Shown one piece after another: positions 1-13,421 of a DNA stretch of 64,000 nt. Within the stretch, counting starts at the first letter, position 1; each line of letters starts with the position of its first letter. The notes under the pieces are model-generated. The model saw only the letters and a list, made by a program, of their open reading frames with translations, had not been told where the DNA came from and ran no database searches. The position numbers were made by a program, and so were the translations under genes. The DNA comes from Octopus sinensis (Eukaryota): positions 12,896,001-12,960,000 of the forward strand of contig NC_043013.1 of NCBI RefSeq assembly GCF_006345805.1, in the 5' to 3' direction.

Positions 1-499
1 AGTGGGGTTAACTGGGTGGATATAGAGTTTGGAGGTGTATGATGGTGTCTGTTTCGGTGGGTTATGGTGTATATCGGATTTGGGGTCATCTGGGTAGGAA
101 AGGAGAATCGTTTGTTAGGTCATCTGATACTCTGAAATTTGGACGGGTATTGGAGGGGTGGGATAGGAGGAATTTTACGCTTTTTACGTTTTTACTCAAC
201 ATAGCCCCCAGCTCCACACATATAAACCCAAAATACCAATTAAGCTCCTTAACAGCACTAACCCCCATAACTCCAACTATAATTCCACTTCTAACACCTG
301 ATCCTTAAATTTACCACAACGCCCAACTTGTAAAAATAGAGAACAACACAGAAGATACCACCGGACACAATAATCATCATATTTTACATCTCTACAGCAC
401 CACCCTCAACTCCTTAACAAGCACTGATCTTAACGCCAGCAATAAAACCAAACTTAACACCGATTCCTCACTAAATAGCAATCCCCTCTTAAGGTCATC

Positions 500-930
500 C
501 AGAACATCCCCTACAGATCTACGCTGCCGCAGACGCCCAGCCTCCTGTCATTTAGATAACCGCTGTCTCACAAGAAACGTAGTTTATAGTGTACAGTATC
601 ATATGCCAACAGTAACTCCATTTCTATTGACTCATGTAGCATCACCTTCAAAGCTAGAGTGAGCGACCACTGCTCCAGCTTCAAGTCCCAAACAGAATCA
701 ACGGCATGTCTTTACCTCAGCTTTTCAATTAACAAAAAAGTTTGATTCAACTCTTTACATTCTCAAGGGGTCCATTGTCACCCACGCCAAGCCATACATC
801 AGCTATAATAACAAGTTTGATCCCTGCACAGCCGAGATCTTGGCTACTTTGCAATCCACGAACTATCTTAATGAACGCAATAGTATAATATCTACCTACA
901 AACATCGGTCACTAAATCTATTCTCAAAAT
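500..930 (+). mobile_element. Penelope-like element, GIY-YIG endonuclease remnant
   Basis: About 520-590 translates RCRRRPASCHLDNRCLTRNVVY, matching the CxC...CPLxxxCLxxNVVY motif that precedes the PLE GIY-YIG domain; degenerate afterwards. Boundaries approximate. Confidence 0.65.
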
Positions 931-1814
931 ACAAATAATAACAAACCCAGCCCGCTTTTTCTCCCCTAACTTTTATAAATTTTCCCTCTTTTTCGTAAAC
1001 TTATAAGTACATACGCCATTATGCACTACACCACTTCGTACTGTAAACACGCTCAACACACACTATATACATTCCTCTATTGAAAAAAACCTATAGTAGC
1101 CGCCACGATTCTTCCCCTCCTTTTCTTACTTTCTACATGCATATATATTTTTCTCCCCACCACCCCACATTGACCAAAAGCATTTCCCCACCCTTTTCCC
1201 TCCATATTATTTTTTATAATGCCACACTCTTTGCTAATTTTTGTGATTAAGTCACCGGTCAAATGACGACGGTTAAATGCCACCGGTCAAATGACCGTGC
1301 TTAAATTAATCACTCTATCTTGCTTTCTTCATACGCACTTTCTTTCCCCCCCTTGATCAAAAATATTTTCCCCGCCTCCTCCATCCAAATTATCTTTTTT
1401 ACAAATACCACTCCCCTTGCTAATTTCTGTGATTCAGCCAAAACAGATCTATTGATTATAACCGATCATATGCCCTTGCTTAAAATCCTTTTTTCTCTCA
1501 CTTCCTTATATTTTCTTGCTCTTTTCCCTTGTTTTACATTAATATTCTCCTCCCTTTCTGTGCTCTCTACACATTTCGATTGAATATTCCATGCGGCAAC
1601 ATGTACCTACTTGCGACAATGTAACCTTTAATTGAATCAGGATATCCTTGTCATAAAGACTAGCCTGCGTTATATATCTCGCTTGGATATTTACCACCTC
1701 TGAGATTCTGCTCGCTATGAAACATATCTAGCCCAGATCTTATCTACTCTATGCTATAACTCTTATTCGCACACCTGCAATCATGGTCACCTACTGTGAA
1801 ATATAAAAGAACAT

Positions 1815-1914
1815 GTTACGAAGTTGATATAATGATTCTCCTTCATTAAGAAGATAAATTTAAATTAGTAACATCTGGTTCTTGACAGTCATTTCTACCT
1901 AGAAAACAGACAGG
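1815..1914 (+). promoter_or_regulatory. Putative core promoter/5'UTR of the PAN/Apple gene
   Basis: Block upstream of ATG 1915 conserved in the paralogous copies at about 37630, 48410 and 61170; includes a TATAAT-like motif about 85-90 bp before the ATG. Confidence 0.5.
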
Positions 1915-1945
1915 ATGCTGCAGAGGAATTACCTTCAAATTATTT
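1915..1945 (+). CDS. PAN/Apple gene exon 1 (start, first half of signal peptide MLQRNYLQII)
   Basis: agg-ATG at 1915; donor GTATGT at 1946 (phase 1); intact paralogue at 48512-48542. Confidence 0.75.
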
Positions 1946-2017
1946 GTATGTAAACGTTTTATTGTATAATTAATATATTACGTTTTTAATTATTTAAGAG
2001 TTAAACCATCACGACTA

Positions 2018-2027
2018 TATATATGTG

Positions 2028-2058
<31 letters not shown>

Positions 2059-2065
2059 AGATAGT

Positions 2066-2141
<76 letters not shown>

Positions 2142-2312
2142 GTAGATAGATAGATAGATAGGTAGATAGATAGATAGATATATAGATAGATAGACAGACA
2201 GATAGATAGAGATATATGTGTGTATGTGTGTGTGTGTATGTATAGATAGTAGATAAATAGATAGATAGATAGATAGATAGACAGACAGATAGATAGAGAT
2301 ATATATATGTGT

Positions 2313-2371
<59 letters not shown>

Positions 2372-2382
2372 TGTGTGTGTGT
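2018..2382. repeat. Compound (TG)n/(GATA)n microsatellite
   Basis: Direct inspection. Confidence 0.95.
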
Positions 2383-3318
2383 AGAAGGTTGAAAAGTAAC
2401 ACACGAGTTGACATGTATAAGGAAAATAAGGCAAGGTAGAAAATGCTAAAATAATTTTATCATGAAATACATTTTGTAAAGGAATAGATCACCAGGAAGG
2501 ATGTGGTCAACTTTCATTATATATTTGGTTATATAATCTGCGTTCCGCATACAGAAGGAAGTGCTACAAAACTTGTCATCGTCTTATTTTAAATCAATGC
2601 CTATTCAGTGAGTAATTTTCACACCAAACTTATATTCTATGATCTGGTTAAATACGTATTAGACTATATTTCCCAACGGATACCTGATAAGTCCAAAACA
2701 TGTTCGGATTTAACCCCAAACCTACAAAACATTAGATTCGTTCCCCCACTGCTTACTTCTATATCATTTTTAATCAATTTCAATTTCGGAATGTCTCTCC
2801 CTTCCATTTCTTCACAACGGTTATCTTAAAATCAGATAATTGTTTTTCTCTCTCCATTGCATGCGTAATTCCAGTTAATTTAACATTCTTTTTGGTTCAC
2901 TACATTCGCTCTTTATCCCGCTCTTAATATATGTAATACTTTCACTAAAGTTTCTGAAGTGTCTAGAATTTTCTATTCCAAGAAATACTGATGCTTCTTA
3001 TCTCGATTGAAACAACATTTCCTTTTATTTCTTCATCTTCTCCTCTTTCTATCTCTGTTCCTCTCTCTTTATCTCGCTCTCACCCCTCCTCTCCCTCTCC
3101 TTTTGTTTATCTTTCTATCCCTCTCCAATTTATCGCTCTCCCTCATTATTTCAATGGATAATTTTATGCTGATGTAGTGGTGGTCTTCGTCGTATTTGTT
3201 ATCGAATTATGCTTGTAGAACTTCTCTTTCCTATTCATTTCATCTTTATTCTTTGTAAATGAATGTTAAACGTGAATATGAAATATGAAATGTTTTACAA
3301 AATAAATTTTCGTTGCAG

Positions 3319-3354
3319 TTCTCTTCTACATCTCATTGACATTTGGAAATGGAC
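3319..3354 (+). CDS. PAN/Apple gene exon 2 (second half of signal peptide, FLFYISLTFGNG)
   Basis: Acceptor ttttcgttgcAG, donor GTGAGT; 36 nt, phase 1-1; completes a hydrophobic signal peptide in frame with exons 1 and 3. Confidence 0.75.
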
Positions 3355-3913
3355 GTGAGTAGATTTATATCAATATATAGACCTATATCTATGAAAATTA
3401 TGAAAATCATTACACAAACATTTAATTTATAAATTCAATACAGGAAAATATTTTCCTCTTCAAAGTAAATTAGTTGAAAAGAAAATTTATAATTTTTAGT
3501 TCAATACAGCCGCATGATGACGAATTCACTTCTTAACATAATTTCCATTGATTATAATTCAGTTTTTCGTCAGTTTGTAAGCATTTTCTTAAATATAACA
3601 AAGTGCTGACATTGGGGCAAACTTTACAACACACAACCGTTAAGCATTATAGAACATAGCATATGAGTAATTTAAATATGAGAATTAATTAATTAAAAAC
3701 TCATTTGCAGTCATTTTGATTAAACAGATAATATATTCCAAGATGCTTTGTACCTACACTATGGTAGTAACAACTTTATCACTTCTTCCTGGTAAAAATA
3801 TCAATATTGATCCTCAAACTTTTAATATTCTATTTCTTTATATTATCTATTTTCACAATCTTTAATTTTCCTCGTCCTATTTTGGTTGTTTAATTTGTCT
3901 GGCTTTGTTACAG

Positions 3914-4171
3914 TTGAATATCTGAAGTATTTTATAAAAGTACAACACTGTGATCTGAAAGATGGTAAAACATTGATGAGACTTGACGTGGATAACTCCA
4001 GCTGTTCGAAGAGGTGTTTTGAAATTTCTACATGCAAATCCTTCGTGAGTAGAGCGATAAATCCAAGCTGTATTTTATACGAAGATGACACATCAGAGAA
4101 GACACTAATAAAAGCAAATAATACCTATTTTTATCAGTTAAGAAGAACTGTGCCGACCAAGTATAGAGACG
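3914..4171 (+). CDS. PAN/Apple gene exon 3 (domain 1)
   Basis: Acceptor ctttgttacAG, donor GTAAAC; 258 nt, phase 1-1; CSKRC..TCKSF..SCILY Apple/PAN-like pattern. Confidence 0.85.
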
Positions 4172-4401
4172 GTAAACAAATTTATTTCATTCCTTGACTT
4201 GTATTCTATGTTTTAGTCGAAAGAGAGACAATACTGTCGTCATTTGAAAAGTCTCTACGATTTATCTGGTCAATGTAGAATGGTATCTGTAGATAAAAAA
4301 TTGGTTGTAGAGTTTTCGTTCCAGAGTGTCATGGTTCTAATAAAGTTTTGATTGATGCGTTTAGCACACATTTTCGGATTGAGACACAAGATTGTTAAAG
4401 A

Positions 4402-4402
<1 letters not shown>

Positions 4403-4437
<35 letters not shown>

Positions 4438-4464
4438 TAGTTGTAGTAGTAGTAGTAGTAGTAA

Positions 4465-4496
<32 letters not shown>
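4403..4496. repeat. (GTA)n microsatellite
   Basis: Direct inspection. Confidence 0.95.
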
Positions 4497-4948
4497 ATTT
4501 TTAAAAAATTTTCTCTACTATAATTACAATACTTGAAATTCAATTCTGTTTTGACACGTCATCAGTTGCAAAGACACTGCTTATATACCCAATATTACTA
4601 ACGGTTTAGGGTAGAGGGGGATGGTTTTATCAGTCATCATTGACAGTTAGAAACAGTTAGAATTTTTTTAAAAAGCAAGAAACAGGATTAGGTTCATCCG
4701 CGGGAAGAAAAGCCTACAGAAAAGACCACGGAAACCCCAGGCAGGGAGGAAATAAACACATGAGAGCAATGTGCTCTCTCTCTTTTACGATTTACAGGAT
4801 CATGCTTAAAATGGTTTCGTCACTCGCGCGCACCATCTTTGCTACATTCACCCACCTTATTTTGAAACTTTCGTGAGACAAAACCTGCCTCTCCATTCTC
4901 ACCTTCCTTTTCAAGTGGTACTTGAAAAAGTTGATGAGCGATTGGCCT

Positions 4949-5170
<222 letters not shown>

Positions 5171-5200
5171 CACCCTATAATTCAACCCATAATTGCCCAC

Positions 5201-5273
5201 GGGCATATGGCATAGTGGTTAAGAGCACGGGCTACTAACCCCAAGACTCCAAGTTCGATTCCAAGCAGTGACC

Positions 5274-5322
<49 letters not shown>

Positions 5323-5451
5323 CAACAACAACAACAACAACAACATCGAAAAATACCTTAGGAATGAGAACCCAGGTTCGAAAATCCCCAAGACACCTGA
5401 AGAAGGCTGGAGGGTATATCAGCCGAAACGCTGTGTTAACAACAAGCAAGA
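5201..5451 (+). mobile_element. tRNA-derived SINE, 5' part (interrupted by LINE; tail appears to resume at 8439-8485)
   Basis: A box TGGCATAGTGG, B box GTTCGATTCC, internal (AAT)n/(AAC)n tract; AAGA on both sides of the LINE; AATGTAAAT repeats after the LINE. Confidence 0.7.
5392..5437 (+). ncRNA. Degenerate minimal type I hammerhead ribozyme motif
   Basis: GACAC-CTGAAGA-a-GGCTG(loop)CAGCC-GAAA-CG-CT-GTGTT: helix I GACAC/GTGTT, helix II GGCTG/CAGCC; the U16.1 position is C in this copy. Confidence 0.45.
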
Positions 5452-8402
5452 ACAATCAGCCATCCCCTGTATATCATCATCTGAAATCCAGATATAAACT
5501 GCTATCCTTGAATGCCCGTAGTTTATGCAACAAGGTGCATCTTTTTGTCTCCTACGTCAAAAGTATCAACCCAGATTTCATCACAGTCACGGAAACGTAG
5601 GCACACTCTGCACTCTGTGATGGAGTTTTCAGCATAGCCGGCTACAACCTGTTCCGCAAAGACCGCATTAATCGCCGTGGAGCGGGTGTGATGATTTATG
5701 TTCGATCAAGTCTATCGACAATCCCCTGTGATGATTTGAACCAATCTCAGCAGGAGGTATTTTTCTGCAATGTACACATGACCATGTCAACACTTCTGCT
5801 CGGAGTCGTTTACCGTCCTCCAAATTATCGCCAAGACGCACAGCTTTTTGATATCCTCAGGGCGGCTGCCATGAAAACAGCCACATATGTGTATGTTGCG
5901 GGGGACTTCAATTTCCCTGAGATTGACTGGGAGGCCTTCCGTTGGCCGCAAAGTGCAGACGTTTTCCTTGAACTGGTGCTGAATTCAAATTGGTCCCAAG
6001 TTGTTACCTCCCCCACAAGGGGTAACAACACTTTGGATCTGCTACTTACCGCTTCTCCTGAAACAATCATTAGTGTCGCTACCGAAGAACCTTTGGGTAA
6101 CTCTGATCATTCCATGATCGTGGCCGACTTGTCTCTGATTGGTTGTAACAAAAAACACAACCATCTTCAGATTGCTCGCTTTGACTGGAATAAAGCAAAC
6201 TGGAGCTCTTATTGTACTGAGCTGCAACGCCCAAACTGGCGCGAATTTTATGCCTCTGGAGATGTGGACACTATACTCCAGAACATTCTGAATTCAATAT
6301 GGGCAGCATGTGCAGCATCAGTACCACACAAGCACAAAAAACCACCCAATAGTGCAATTTGGGAGACTGCAGCAGTCCGACTTGCCAGGAAAGAACGCCG
6401 TAATGCTGAACGGGAATACAAATTGCACAAATCAGAGAGCAACAGGAAAAAGCGCAATAGGTCAGCCAACCACCTCAAGCAGGTGACAAAAAAGTCAGTG
6501 CTTGAATTTGAACAACGCATTGCAGCTAACCCTGACAGCAAAGGGTTCTGGAAGTATGTGCACTCAAAGCATAGACCCCACTCTCCAGTTGGTCCCCTTC
6601 GCAATCCCCACACAGGACAAATTACTGGCAATCCCGAAGAATGTGCAGAAATCATTGCTGGATGCTATGCCGGCATCTTTACTGTCGAAGATCAAAATGT
6701 TCCATCTTCATCACCACTGACATCGGACTCTATATCTTCTATGCAATTTACACCAGCAATGCTGCAACGCCACCTAAAGAATAAACGCAATTATGCCTCT
6801 CCTGGTCTCGATGGTGTTACATACCTACTTCTCAAACGCGGTGGGTACTTTCTTCTAAGCCAACTTTCTCTATTCTTCCAATTCTGTCTTGACAATGGTG
6901 TTACTCCAGAACAGTGGAAAACTGCCAGTGTCATCCCTCTGTTCAAAAAAGGCGACCGCACATCGCCTGTCAACTATCGCCCCGTCAGTCTTACTAGCTG
7001 CATCGCCAAACTGATGGAATCCTGTATCAGAGAAACCCTCTGGAACTTCTGGAAGTCTCACAGCCTCATCCAGCCGTCACAATTCGGATTTATTCCTAAC
7101 TCCAGCTGCTGTAATAACTCATCGAGTTTCTTGAGGACGTTACCCAAATCACTGATCGCGGATCCTGGGTGGATGTTGTTTACCTGGACTTTGCTAAGGC
7201 TTTTAACTCTGTGCCACACAAAAGACTTATGGTGAAGCTTTCTGCGTTGGGTGTAAGAGACGAACTCTATAACTGGTTAAAGTCCTTTATTTTCGGCCGA
7301 AAAGAGGTTGTCACAGTTCTAGGACAGCACTCTTTGCCCTAGAAGATGACATCTGGTGTGTCGCAAGGATCTGTTCTTGGCCCCCTTTTATTTGTTGCAT
7401 ATGTTAATGACATAGATGCCAACTTAAAGAATGCCACAGTGCTGAAATATGCAGATGACATCAAGCTGTACCTCGAAATAAAGAGGTCAGATCCTGTACA
7501 CTATGAATCTCTATTGCAAGCAGACCTGGACACAATGCAGCAGTGGATCATGGACTGGCAACTCAAGCTGGCTGTGGACAAATGTACCACCATGCATTTT
7601 GGGAGGAGAAACCCAGCGTCCACCTACTCCCTCCACAACACTAGTCTCAAAAATTCTTCAAGTGAACGTGACCTGGGTGTTATTGTCGACAGTGATTTGC
7701 GTTGGACAAAACACATCGCTAAAATTGTCAAGAAGGCTGAGGGTGTCTTGGCATCACTCACCAAATCCTTTGTGAGCCGCTCTCCGGCTATCTATCTGCG
7801 GCTTTATATAGCTATGGTAAGACCTCACCTGGAATTTGCATCACCGGTCTGGAACCCCTATCTTGCCCAGGACATCAATCGTCTGGAAGCCGTTCAGCGA
7901 CGTGCAACCAAAAGAATACCCTCCATCAGGCATTTGCCATATCCTGAACGCCTTACTTCCCTGGGCATGGACACATTGAAACTCCGACGTCTGGCAGCTG
8001 ACTTGGCAGACACCCATGTTAAAATTATAAACCATCGCACAAACAATAACTCTGAGCACCTCTTCAAACTCCACCCATCTAACACCCGTGGACATATTTA
8101 CAAAGTAAGAAAACAGCACAGTTCCCATGACTTCAGGAAACATTTTTTCACGCTGAGAGTTGCTGAAGCATGGAACAAACTGCCGGCATCGGTTGTTAGT
8201 TGTCGGAGCACTGCATCCTTCAAAACTTCCATGCTTCCTGAGATTCGCCAACACTACACTTGATTTTCTCCCCTCCATACACACACAAGCATGTATCTGA
8301 CTCATACACTGTTCACTTTCCAGACATTTCTACATTACTGCATGTACTTTATATGCACTTTCTGACAAGTTGTGGTGCACCTGAGCACTGTATACAATAA
8401 TT

Positions 8403-8437
<35 letters not shown>

Positions 8438-8438
8438 T
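5452..8438 (+). mobile_element. CR1/L2-group LINE, nearly full ORF2 (APE endonuclease + reverse transcriptase), 5'-truncated
   Basis: Motifs LNARSL, VYRPP, GDFN, LDL, SDH, NYRPVSL, QGSVLGPLLF, YADD, RPHLEF; 3'UTR ending in (ATT)n; stops at 5598 and 7340 and a frameshift near 7110. Confidence 0.93.
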
Positions 8439-8489
8439 AAGATGAGGACAAATATCCGTCGAATGTAAATAATGTAAATAATGTTAGCC

Positions 8490-10850
8490 TAATAGTTTCT
8501 AGTGAGCAAGCTTTGATCTTGTATCGCCAATATGAAACCTTCAGTCCCTGCTTTCAGCCCTGAGCTTCTCAGCTACTGATGGTATATACCAGTATTTCGG
8601 CTTCGAAGTATATACCATCCATGCAGGGGCTTCTCGCTCCACTGCTCCTCAATTTTTTTCTGTCTATTCTTTTGTGCAGTCTGATTGATTCGTTTTAATT
8701 ATTTGGTGGAAATGGTTACAGGTTCTTCATCTAATTCAGAGTTGATGCCTAGTTTCCTTGCGAATGTGTGCAAGCTTCCTTGACAATAGAGCGTGTTTTT
8801 TGTTTACTGTTTTCTTGTTTGCACGAAATAAATACTTGTTCATTGCTATAGTGGAGGTCTTATAGCACAGTTCTACCTACATCGTTCTTCTTCCCCCATT
8901 ACTTCTAGGTATGTACAGACGATCAACGTCTGTTTTGAGATTGTGTATATTTTTAGATATTAGTAGTTTTCTTGTCTTTCTGTTCAGGTGTAGGAACTCT
9001 GTTAGATTCCAGTTAATGATGTTAAAACTGTATTGGACTACTGGAAGTGTTAGGGTGTTAATGGCTTCGTGATTTTTCGAGTTCAGTTCAGTTTTCAGTA
9101 TGTCATTCTCTAGAAGTACTCCTTTCTTATTTTTTTCTTCATGGTAATATGCTGTACACCATCTCCTTCTTTTATCCCCAACTTTCTTGTGGGTCAAGTT
9201 CCTTGATGATAGCGACGTTATCAAATTTAATGGTATGTTTGTTTGAGCTTGCCTCTGACAAAAGTTGCTTTAGCACATTTATCAAGGCCGAAATCCATCC
9301 CGACATCATTGCTAAACTTTTTAACAGTTGTTCACAGCCCTACTCGCCTTTCTTCATCATCTCTAGCAAACAAATTCAGATTGTCAAAATAAAACAGTTA
9401 ATTATAGTGTTTTAAACTTTGTACCTGGTGTTATTCAGTTCGTTTGAGAGTGGGATCAGTGGCATGCAAAGGAGTAATAGAGCGAGGGAGTCACCTTGAA
9501 AGATGTATCGTTTGATGTTGTTAAATCATTCGCCTTATTTCTTGAGAGTTGTCTAAGAGCAAAGTTATATATCATGGTTATGTTGTTTACTTTTTATGCC
9601 GTTTGAGAACTTTGCCAGTGGTTCTCTATTGATCATGTCAGTAAACTCAATCTTGCTGAGTTCTCCTTTAACTTCAGTTGCTTCTATGATCTTTTCTTTA
9701 TTATTCACCTCAAATTCCGTGTAACATCTATTCTGGTGTTCTTGAGGAAGGTCTACTTTCTCCTTTTTTCCGCATATCTGTTCTTTGCTATTCTTCAGCT
9801 CCCTCGTTGGGATGTACTGCTCGTACACTGGGTTCTGTTCATATGTTACCTATTTCATCTGCATTGTTGCTATTTTCATTTGGTCTACTATGAGATATTT
9901 GTATCTTAATTTTGTTAATTTCAGCATCAGTTAACCTTTTATTCTTAATGATGTCTCTGCGTAAATTACTTAATTTATTTGCATCTATATATCTACGTAC
10001 TTCATATGTCTTAAGATCTGTCTAAGAGCAATATTACATATCATGAGTAGTTGGGGATTTTTTTAATGTTGTTTGAGAGCTTTAGTAGCGGTTATCTATT
10101 GAACATGTCAGAAAACTCAGTCTTGCTAAGATTCTCTCATAAAATCTTATTTTGCTTCTATGATCTTTCTTTTATTATTCACCTCAAATTCTGTGCCATA
10201 CCTATTCTGGTGTTCTTAAGATAAGTCTACTTTCTCTTCTTTTTCCGCATACCTCTTCGCTATTTTTTCTTCTGCTTCCTCGCTGGGAAGAACTGCTCGT
10301 ACATTGGGTTCTGTGCATCTGTTACCTATTTCATCTACATTGTTGCTGCTTTTATTTGGTCTGCCAGGAGATATTTGTCTCCTAATTTGGCTAATTTCAG
10401 CGCCAGTTAAACTATTATTCTTAATTATTCTCTACGTACATTACTTAATTCATTTGCCTCAATATGTCTGCGTAAATCGTTGCCTACTAAGTTTTCCCAT
10501 GAAGTCTATGTTTGTACAATGCAATTATAGTAAGGTTTTTGTTGCGCTGTAAAGAAAGCTTTCAACACATCTCTATAATCCTCTCTAGTCCATTTTATCC
10601 GTTTTGCTTTAGATGGTGATTTTGGTACTGTCACTACAGGTCTAGGGTTAGGGTTATCCTGGTTCTGGTTACTAGTAGTTCAATTTTTTTGAGAGCTTGT
10701 TCCAGCAGAAGACTTCTCGACACCAGTCTAGTTCCCCACTGGATAACGCGGTCCTTGTCCCGGGCGATGACCGATCCGGCATTAGTTTTGACTTGTCATT
10801 AAAGCATTGACAGTGACAATAAGAGACAGGTGTGTTTGTTCAAGGTTGAC
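8490..10850 (-). mobile_element. R4/Dong-type (RLE) non-LTR retrotransposon remnant
   Basis: Minus strand: IFQGDSL near 9490-9505, 'AINTLTLPVVQYSF..RKTRKLL..DVDRLYIPRSNGGR'; internal duplication about 9560-10000 vs 10010-10460. Confidence 0.75.
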
Positions 10851-10989
10851 TTTTTGACATGTCACCCTTTCCTTGTTCTTCCAATGAATATATTTATCGT
10901 GCTGTAGGCTGATAGATCGGAATTCGCCTCTACATTTTTGGTAACTGTTTCCGAGCATAACTGTTTTAAAGTGACTAAGTTGCGCCTTT

Positions 10990-11206
<217 letters not shown>

Positions 11207-11643
11207 GAATGAGAGAGTAGCGCATGCCATCAAAACGATACTGGGATAAAATATACGAAGCCCAGTATACCCAACATGACCTTCTGTCTGATACATGCCT
11301 CACAACTATATGTGCGCGACATGGTAAGCTCATGTCAAAATAAACAGCTCATGACCTTGCAGGTGAGGCCCAGTTAGAATTTTCTATAGAGATATTGCAA
11401 TCCATGTGTTTACATTTTCACGCACGTGTTGTGGTGGCGGCGTATCTGAGGGAAATTATTTTTTGTATATATATATACTCCAGTTTCCTGAGATGGCTTA
11501 CATAAGAATATAGCTTCCTTTCATTATTTTTGTGGACTCTTAATTCCTGGTTCGTGATGGTTCCAGATTTGATCTAATCTTCCCGGCAGTTCGGTGTCAC
11601 ACGTCCATGCTGCTTGCTATTCGCTGCGGTATCTTTCGTATTC

Positions 11644-11660
11644 ATAATAATAATAATTAA

Positions 11661-11695
<35 letters not shown>

Positions 11696-11772
11696 TGATA
11701 ATAATAATAATTAAAATAATAATAATGATAATGATAATAATAATAATAATTAAAATAATAATAATAATAATA

Positions 11773-11828
<56 letters not shown>

Positions 11829-11902
11829 CATCATCATCATCATTATTATTATTATTATTGTTTTTGTTGTTGTTGTTGTTATTATTATTATTATTATTGT
11901 TG

Positions 11903-11956
<54 letters not shown>
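11644..11956. repeat. (AAT)n immediately followed by (ATT)n microsatellite
   Basis: Strand switch near 11772. Confidence 0.95.
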
Positions 11957-11957
<1 letters not shown>

Positions 11958-12320
11958 CCCTCTATATATAAACGGCAAAATGTCTGTATGTGTACTCTTT
12001 ATACAAATCCACAATTTTTCAGTAAGAGGGCTCGCACTTTCTATGGCCATTCAAAACCGTCCAAGGGTGGTCGTGCAGATCTTTAAATTTCCCCAGTCAC
12101 CCCGCAAAGCCATTAAAAAATCAATAGAAGTGACATTTTGGGGAATTTTCTATCCAAAACCCAATCAAAATGCCCGAAACTTGATACGCCAATTAAATGC
12201 CAGCTAGCTGTATGTGATTGGTCGGAGATTTGGACAGTACTCGCGTGTATGTTTGCACGCACGCAGCTGTATATGCATGCACTAGCACTATGACCCGATG
12301 TTGCCGGGTTGTAGTGTTAG
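11957..12320 (+). mobile_element. Non-autonomous Helitron-like element
   Basis: A|TC start with TCTATATATAAACGG..GTCTGT; 3' hairpin ACCCG-atgttgc-CGGGT followed by TTAG|T; sits in an ATT tract without TSD. Confidence 0.6.
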
Positions 12321-12326
12321 TTATTA

Positions 12327-12570
12327 TTATTTTTTTTTTTTCTTCTTTCAAATTTGCTTCCATTTCTTGCCGAGTGTCTTCCCGACTCCTAGGGCAAAGA
12401 AACTCATAGTATACATTGGTAGGCCATTAAACCAAACTCAATAGTTCGTTCATTTGTTTTGTTTTTTTTAAGTTAAATTAAAATACATGAGCAGCAACAG
12501 TTCTCACATCGACAATGCTCTTCTCAATACGTGTGATTTAACTGGTCTTAACACGAACCGCGCCATTTCT
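12327..12570 (-). mobile_element. 3' end fragment of R4/Dong-type LINE in TAA repeats
   Basis: Minus strand ends SHVLRRALSM*, typical of an R4-clade C-terminus, followed by a UTR and A-rich tail. Confidence 0.5.
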
Positions 12571-12668
<98 letters not shown>

Positions 12669-12669
12669 G

Positions 12670-12737
<68 letters not shown>

Positions 12738-12807
12738 CATCATTATTATTATTATTACATCTTTACCCAATACTTCTATCAAATTATTATTCTCATTAAA
12801 AATAGCT

Positions 12808-13020
12808 GCGAGCTGGCATAATCGTTAGCACAACGTGCAAAAGAAATGGTTAGCACCATTTCATCTGTTTTTACATTTTCAGTTCAAATTTCGCCGAGGG
12901 CCATTTCGCCCTTTATCCTTTTAGGGTCGATAAAGTACGTGCCAGTTGAGTACTGACGGCGATATCATCCTCTTAGTCCCTCCCACAAATTTTCAAGCTT
13001 TGTATCTCCAGCAGAAAGTA
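12808..13020 (+). mobile_element. tRNA-derived SINE
   Basis: GCGAGCTGGCATAATCGTTAGCAC head and GTTCAAATT..GCCGAGG; same family reversed at about 37780-38170 and 56130-56320. Confidence 0.65.
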
Positions 13021-13125
13021 TAATTTCTCATTAATCTACACAATAAAACACTTCACCATAAAAGCACCCCATCACAGTTATGAAAACCGAAAAAAAACGT
13101 TCATTTATCTGTTTTATTCATTCAG

Positions 13126-13356
13126 GAAAATGTCCCGTGGATTTCGTTTACAACGGTTATCTTCCTTCTAACAATGATTTGGGTATCACTTATACTCAGA
13201 ATTATACACAGTGTTTCAAAAAATGTGAAGCGGAACCAAAATGTCAGTCATCCGAATACTCCTTGGACACAACAGAATGCCGAACGTCAGCTGCGAATCA
13301 TACTACCATGAATTTGAAGTTCTGGGGAAGTGAACTTTACGCTGATATAGACAAAA
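13126..13356 (+). CDS. PAN/Apple gene exon 4 (domain 2)
   Basis: Acceptor ttttattcattcAG, donor GTAAGT; 231 nt, phase 1-1; CFKKC..KCQSSEY..ECRTS. Confidence 0.87.
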
Positions 13357-13421
13357 GTAAGTGCAGATTTGTTTTATGATGCTAGGGACTTTCAGTCACA
13401 TTCTGATTAGACAATGTGAAG

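Noticed and set aside
1253-1300. Three 15-bp repeats (ACCGGTCAAATG...)
   Set aside because: Too short and without unique spacers; not CRISPR. Probably TE subterminal repeats.
2001-2434. Long ORFs of HTHT/YLSI, poly-I, poly-L, CVCV and YIYI here and throughout the window
   Set aside because: Translations of microsatellites; no coding evidence.
5201-5275. Possible tRNA gene
   Set aside because: A/B boxes are present but the acceptor and T stems do not pair well and it runs into a SINE body; treated as a SINE head.
13080-13379. ORF-track starts and ends for the 3886, 13080 and 22950 ORFs as single-exon genes
   Set aside because: Their N-terminal extensions are intron polypyrimidine tracts; splice sites define the real exons.
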